From the NCBI GenBank assembly GCA_964016885.1, contig OZ024743.1, forward strand, positions 260,338,001-260,402,000: a DNA stretch of 64,000 nucleotides, given 5' to 3'. The translations under genes were made by a program, and so were the position numbers. The notes below the pieces were generated by a model that saw only the letters and a program-made list of their open reading frames with translations, had not been told where the DNA came from and made no database searches. Within the stretch, counting starts at the first letter, position 1, and each line of letters starts with the position of its first letter. Of this stretch, positions 57,231 through 64,000 are shown one piece after another. This DNA comes from Eledone cirrhosa. Its lineage: Eukaryota.

Positions 57231-57783
57231 CATGTGTGTGTGTGTGTGTGCGCGCGTCAGTCTGTATGTGTAATTCCGTATGTTTAAGTATGCGTGAGTG
57301 TAAGTGTGTAAGTGAATTTAATAGAGTTTTATGTTCTTCAAAAGCTACCAAATGCTAATCATTTGTATTACTTTGTTGACGATAAAAATCAATATTAATC
57401 ATTAACTAAATCCAACCCTTCGTTACCATATTCCTCTATGGTTTTCAAATAATTTTGAAAATAATCAAGAATGGGGAGTAATTTATTAATATTTGCCACT
57501 TTCCTGTGATTTAACTGGTGCCTGTAACATTACTTAAAATTATGATCGAAGATTTTGTTTAGATAAATATAAGTACTTTAAAACAAACAGTTTTGTATAA
57601 AAAAAAAATAAAATGGTTTAGTATGAAAAGTTAAAATTAAACTTTCCATCATTCTATAAAGAGCAAACCATCTTTTCGCCTTCACCTCTTATATAGCTTG
57701 TATTGGTTCCAAGATTAGATATATGTATCATGGTAATAATCAATGCAAAACCAAAATCCAAAGAGGTTACACAACAGTTACAC

Positions 57784-57889
57784 ACGAGTTAGGTAGAAGT
57801 GGTTACACAACAGTTAGTTCACCATACCGAGAACAATTGTTCTCGGTATGGTGAACTAACTGTTGTGTAACCACTTCTACCTAACTCGT
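57784..57889. repeat. Perfect 106-bp palindrome followed by a PLE-like tail (57890-57945) shared with 12795-12845
   Basis: Centre gaacaa|ttgttc with no spacer; tail atggactgagtgctctaccactacggatattaccttccagtgttctac occurs twice in the window. Confidence 0.93.
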
Positions 57890-57950
57890 CCCATGGACTG
57901 AGTGCTCTACCACTACGGATATTACCTTCCAGTGTTCTACCACTGCATAT

Positions 57951-58125
<175 letters not shown>

Positions 58126-58275
58126 CAAGTAAGTATGTTTTGAAACAGTGAGCAGGTTTGAAATTAGAAAATAGAATAGCTTTCACCGTATTTTTGACTA
58201 AAGAAATTTTAGCCTGATAATGGGGTTTAGAACCCTCAGATAAATGGAAAAAGATGAGTATTGACGTACATTGAC

Positions 58276-58408
<133 letters not shown>

Positions 58409-58552
58409 GATAAATCTACCAAGAGTTTACGGTAGTGTCCAATCCGTATGAAGAACTCAATGTATTCCGGATATCATGGAAAGAAGAGATGTAATGAAAA
58501 ATCACTTTCGGTGAAAGATAAACGGTATACAGAGTCAAGATAATATTGTTTA

Positions 58553-58639
<87 letters not shown>

Positions 58640-58744
58640 ATATATAGTGCATTTGATTCGGCTGGTGGTGGTCTTAATATGAGCACTCGATGCACAGGCA
58701 GAGTGTATATAATAAGAAAAACGAAACTTCATTTTTATTATTGG

Positions 58745-58970
58745 ACAGTGGACTGACAGTATCGATAGAGCGTCGGACGCCATGCTTCACGGCGGCATAG
58801 AGTTACGTCCCTTTATGTTCTGATTTCAAAGCCCGCCTTGGTTAGCTTTGCTTTCCATCCTTACGGGGTCGATAAAATAAAGTACCAGTAATACACTGGA
58901 GTCGAATTCATCGACTTTCCCCTCCCCAAAATTGCTGGCCTTGTGCCTATATCAGAAACCATTATTATTA
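58745..58970 (+). mobile_element. tRNA-derived SINE, longer variant
   Basis: Head, central domain and atcgactttcccctccccaaaattgctggccttgtgcc tail. Confidence 0.88.
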
Positions 58971-58979
58971 CACACTCGC

Positions 58980-59062
<83 letters not shown>

Positions 59063-59277
59063 ACATCATGTTTAATATATAAATGGCTTCTACAGCCATA
59101 TATATATGTGTGTGTGTGTGTGTGTGTATGAATAAGGATGGTTTTTACGAAGGGCATTGGAAAAATCTACAGTTAACTATTGTATTCAATACTTTAGCAG
59201 GGAAGAAACATATTTATTTTACATATAAATTAGTTCTGCAGGACAAGAAATGTTCCATTCGTATGGAATCATAAGGA

Positions 59278-59325
59278 ATATCCTGATGACCCTATATGAA
59301 TAAAACAGTTCTAGTCTTGTAAAAG
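59278..59325 (+). ncRNA. Degenerate hammerhead of the 13483 family
   Basis: tc-CTGATGA-...gaat-AAAA-cagttctagtcttg-TA; GAAA is mutated. Confidence 0.55.
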
Positions 59326-59335
59326 TTAATTCTAT

Positions 59336-59396
<61 letters not shown>

Positions 59397-59439
59397 CAAA
59401 ATATTAATAAATGAAAAATATTCTCATAATCAAAATATT

Positions 59440-59502
59440 TATTTTATTATACATATTTCAAAGGTACAATGGTGTTTAAGTACGTTTTCATCAGACAAAA
59501 TA
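59440..59502 (-). ncRNA. Intact minimal hammerhead in a Naiad-like pLTR fragment (about 59392-59625)
   Basis: tattttgt-CTGATGA-aaacgtac..gtaccttt-GAAA-tatgta-TA-ataaaata. Confidence 0.85.
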
Positions 59503-59666
59503 TAAGATTTTATATGCGACATACTGGTACGGTTTTGATTATTTAATTCCAATAGTGGCAGTGCTTCTAATCTATTGTAAAATTATATTCGTTGAATAAT
59601 CAACGAACCATATTAATCTTTGGTTATATATATATATATAACTAATATATATATATATATATGTGT

Positions 59667-59710
<44 letters not shown>

Positions 59711-59929
59711 TAGGCCACACATTTCCTTTTACAGGAAAAACCCGGAGTCACAAAAAAAAAAAGAATTGTAACAGGAAACAAAATAAGAGAATTTCGCAGA
59801 GGAGTCAATTTTAATCGTTATTTCCGTTTAGATCACAGTACAAAATATCGCGGAGATATTTGTTCCACTTATCTGTCATCCTTGTTACGGCATTGACTTC
59901 TGCCCATTAATGACATCCAGCGTCGGTGC

Positions 59930-60570
59930 TTGGATATTTACTGCCCTAGGCTAAACCTACAATATACGCTTGTGTATTTAGTGCCCTGGGCTAAACCTAC
60001 AATGTACGATTGTGTATTTACAGCCCTAGGCTGGTCCCCATACAATGTATGTGTACTTAGTGCCCAAGGCTGGTCCTACAATGTTTTTAGTGCCTTAGCT
60101 GGCCCTAAAATTTACCTCTTGGTATTTATGCTCTATACTAGTTCTACTGTGTGCACCTGGGTATTTAGTGCCATACGCTAGCACTACAGTGTGTATCTGG
60201 GTATTTAGTGCCCCAGAATGACCTTGTAATGTGTATCAGGCTATTTAGCCCCCTGGCTAGCACTACAATGCGGGACTAGGAATTTAGTATTTTGACTAGC
60301 CCCACAATGTGTGTCTGGATAATTAGTGCCCTAAATTAGCCCCATGAGGTGAGCTTGGCCATGTAGTGCCCTAAACTAACCCTACAATGTGTACCGCCCG
60401 GGTATTTTTTCGCTTTTGTCTAGCCCTGCAACTTGGGTCTGGATATTTAGCACCCTAGCTAGCTCTACAATATGTGCCTGGATATTTAGTGCCCTAGGCT
60501 ATCCCTACAGTGTGTACCTGGGTAGTTATCCCCCTTACAATGTGTACCGACTTTGACTAACCCTAGTGTA
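59930..60570. repeat. Degenerate minisatellite of about 40 bp
   Basis: Unit approximately gtatttagtgccctaggctagccctacaatgtgtacctgg, about 15 diverged copies. Confidence 0.88.
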
Positions 60571-61410
60571 TGCACCCATTCTCTCAACTAATGTAATTTC
60601 GACTGATAATTTGGTAAGCTAACGAACTTAATTTTTGACACTTCTTGCTCTGACCACACAAAGAAAATTACTAAGCCTGTATTTACCGCTAAACAGTCCA
60701 CACTCATTCACGACAAATCATGTAACGGGTCATAACATCATTCGAGAATGATATAGAGGAAGAATGGACCCTAGTACTAAACTGGTATTATATCTAACTC
60801 GAAAGGATGAAAGGCAAAGTTGACCACAGCATAATTTGAATTCAGAACACAGGGATCCAGAACGAATACAGTAAATCTCTCTTACTGACACTCAAAGGAC
60901 TCTCACCGCCTTACGAAAGAGGCGGGAAGGGCTAAGGTTCGTTCCTAGATTGGTTGAATTGTGGGGCCGAGTTAGTGGCACTAAGATGTACGGCGGTTGG
61001 TCATAAAACGAGAATGAAGAGCGGAGGTGATAAGTTGTGTTCCATACATCGTTTTATAATTAATGGATCTACGCCGTCATAGTCGCAGTGAGAGCAAGGT
61101 TTCCATTTCAAAAGAAAACATTTAACAGTGACGTGAAAGTCAGGAAAGGAGAGAGGGGGAGAGAGTAAAGATAAGGTTGATGACGATGATGATGATGGTG
61201 GGGGTGATGACGGTGGTGATAGTGGTGGTGGTGGTGGTGGTCGTCGTCGTGAAGAAGAAGAAGAAGAAGAAGAAGAAGAAGAAGAAGAAGAAGAAGAAGA
61301 AAGAAAGAAAGATAACATCATGAATAAACATGTGCTTTTGTTTTGCAATATTTCCTTTTTCCTCTCTGTTTCTCTCTCTATCTATCTATCACACGCTCCC
61401 CGCCCCCCCC

Positions 61411-61492
<82 letters not shown>

Positions 61493-61615
61493 TATATAGT
61501 TCTACAGCCCCTACCTCTGATGTTGCAGTGTTCAGTTCTTTGTTGAATGTTTCCTTCAGGGATCGCCAAAGACAGGGATAGAACTTATTACCTCTAGACA
61601 ACACGTTGAATAGTC

Positions 61616-62950
61616 CATCACCATCATCACCATCACCATCACCATCACCATCACCACTCCTATCATCACCTTCACCACCATCACCATCACCATCACCATC
61701 ACCACTCCTATCATCACCTTCACCACCATCACCATCACCATCACCATCACCATCAGCACTCCTATCATCATCTTCACCACCATCACCATCACCACTCCTA
61801 TCATCACCATCATCACCATCACCATCACCATCACCATCAGCACTCCTATCATCACCTTCACCACCATCACCATCACCATCACCACTCCTATCATCACCAT
61901 CATCACCATCACCATCACCATCAGCATCACCACTCCTATCATCACCTTCACCACCATCACCATCACCATCACCACTCCTATCATCACCATCATCACCATC
62001 ACCATCACCATCAGCATCACCACTCCTATCATCACCTTCACCACCATCACTATCACCATCACCATCACCACTCCTATCATCACCACCATCACCATCACCA
62101 TCACCATCACCATCAGCACTCCTATCATCATCTTCACCACCATCACCATCACCACTCCTATCATCACCATCATCACCATCACCATCACCATCACCATCAG
62201 CACTCCTATCATCATCTTCACCACCATCACCATCACCACTCCTATCATCACCACCATCACCATCACCATCACCATCACCATCACCACTCCTATCATCACC
62301 ATCACCACCATCACCATCACCATCAGCATCACCACTCCTATCATCACCTTCACCACCATCACCATCACCATCACCACTCCTATCATCACCATCATCACCA
62401 TCACCATCACCATCAGCATCACCACTCCTATCATCACCTTCACCACCATCACTATCACCATCACCATCACCACTCCTATCATCACCACCATCACCATCAC
62501 CATCACCATCACCATCATCATCATCACCACCATCACCATCACCACCACTATCACCATCACCACTACTATCACCATCACCATCACCATCACTATCACCACC
62601 ATCACCATAACCACCATCAACACCATCACCATCACCATAACCACCATCACCACCATCACCGCTATCATCACCACCATTAGCATCACTACCGCTATTTTCA
62701 ACACCATCACCATCGCCACCATCACCATCATCACCATCACTACCATCACCATCATCACCATCACCACTACTATCACCATCACCACTACTATCACCATCAC
62801 CATCATCACCACCATCACCATCATTACCATCACCACAGCTATCACCATCACCATCACCACTACTATCACCATCACAACTACTATCACCATCACCATCACC
62901 CCCATCGCCACCATCACCATCATCACCATCACTACCATCACCATCATCCC
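61616..62950. repeat. (CACCAT)n-based satellite with a periodic cactcctatcatca interruption
   Basis: Direct reading; produces the SP-rich and MV-rich ORFs. Confidence 0.95.
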
Positions 62951-63140
62951 CACCTTTTGTTCTTCCAGTCCATCCTTCCTTCCTTCCGTCTCTTCTTTGT
63001 CACGGCAGGTACAATGAAACACGTATTGAAACAAACGCCCACACATATAGTCTCACACACACACACGTATATATATACACACATACGCTCTCTCCGCCAC
63101 TACATATACGCGCGCGCTCATATTGTCACATATACACATT

Positions 63141-63440
63141 CAGGTACACATACATATATATACACAAACATACACAAACACACACATAAACACACACAAA
63201 CACAACCACAGACACAAACACACGCACAAACATACACACAGATAAAAAGACACACATATATACACAAATACAAACACACAGATAAACAGACAGGTACACA
63301 TACATATATATACACAAACATACACAAACACACACATAAACACACACTCAAACACAACCACAGACACAAACACACGCACAAACACATACACACAGATAAA
63401 ATGACACACATATATACACAAATACACAAATACATACACA
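63141..63440. repeat. CA-rich duplication, two units of about 150 bp
   Basis: caggtacacatacatatatatacacaaacatacac... begins at 63141 and at 63291. Confidence 0.85.
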
Positions 63441-63694
63441 CAGATAAACAGACAGTTATATACATAAACACACATATACATACACTTACACACGTACTCA
63501 AACACAGCCAAACACTTACACACGAATATACACATACACACACAAACGTACACCCATACACATAGAAGCATGCACAGTCAAATACACATTTTCCTACATC
63601 CACCCAATTCCTTTTTAACCAATCACAAAACACACATGTTCAGATATAACTTGCTTCCAATTTTAGTTTTCGGTGTGACTGGGATTGGTACTGG

Positions 63695-64000
63695 TTTCGG
63701 GTGGGTAACTGAGCTGGGAACGAAGTGGGTGACTGAATGGGTATGTGCCGATGTAGGGTGGGTAACTGAGCCGGTAGCGATGAGGGTACTGTTATATTTT
63801 TTAGGAGAAACGGGTGATGGTTTAGTGGGGGGAGGGGGATAAATGAGCCGGGAGCGAGGTGGGCGTCTGAAGACATGGATGTTGGTTTAGGGTAGATAAC
63901 TGAGCCGGAGGTAGGTGGGTTTCTGAAGAGACGGGTGCTGGTTTAGGGTAGATAACTGTACCGGGGGGGGGCTGTCTGAAGAGATGGGTGCTGGTTTAGG
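63695..64000. repeat. G-rich tandem repeat of about 50 bp running off the window end
   Basis: Recurrent gggtgctggtttagggtagataactgagccgg...tctgaagag. Confidence 0.8.

Noticed and set aside
59930-60570. 40-bp periodic array as a CRISPR or guide array
   Set aside because: Whole units are homologous and degenerate, with no unique spacers.
61556-63046. 496-aa MV-rich and 334-aa SP-rich ORFs
   Set aside because: Both are translations of a (CACCAT)n satellite that lacks stop codons by composition; no domain or splice evidence.
63880-64000. TTAGGG hexamers as telomere
   Set aside because: Single hexamers inside a minisatellite unit of about 50 bp, not a tandem telomeric array.

Overview
AT-rich eukaryotic DNA saturated with microsatellites and transposons. 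The SINE families and repeat style suggest a cephalopod (octopus-like), which is an inference. No host gene can be firmly supported. The window is dominated by Penelope-like elements (PLEs). These include a near full-length Naiad-type copy (about 1962-7711; RT plus C-terminal GIY-YIG, two pseudo-LTRs, two in-frame TGA codons that may encode selenocysteine), several truncated PLEs, and many tiny fold-back PLE ends inserted into (TA)n tracts. More than ten minimal hammerhead ribozyme (HHR) motifs lie in these PLE ends. Also present are a near full-length Tx1/L1-type LINE beside (GATA)n, an RTE-like LINE, three decayed Tc1/mariner transposons, MITEs, many tRNA-SINEs and minisatellites. The most interesting signal is a short covarying hairpin, (A/G)CTC...GAG(T/C)GCT, downstream of the HHR in several unrelated PLE families. 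It occurs twice in the 5' leader where the leader is complete, and insertion ends repeatedly stop at a TA-rich patch immediately 5' of it. It is a candidate cis-signal for reverse-transcription priming on (TA)n targets.
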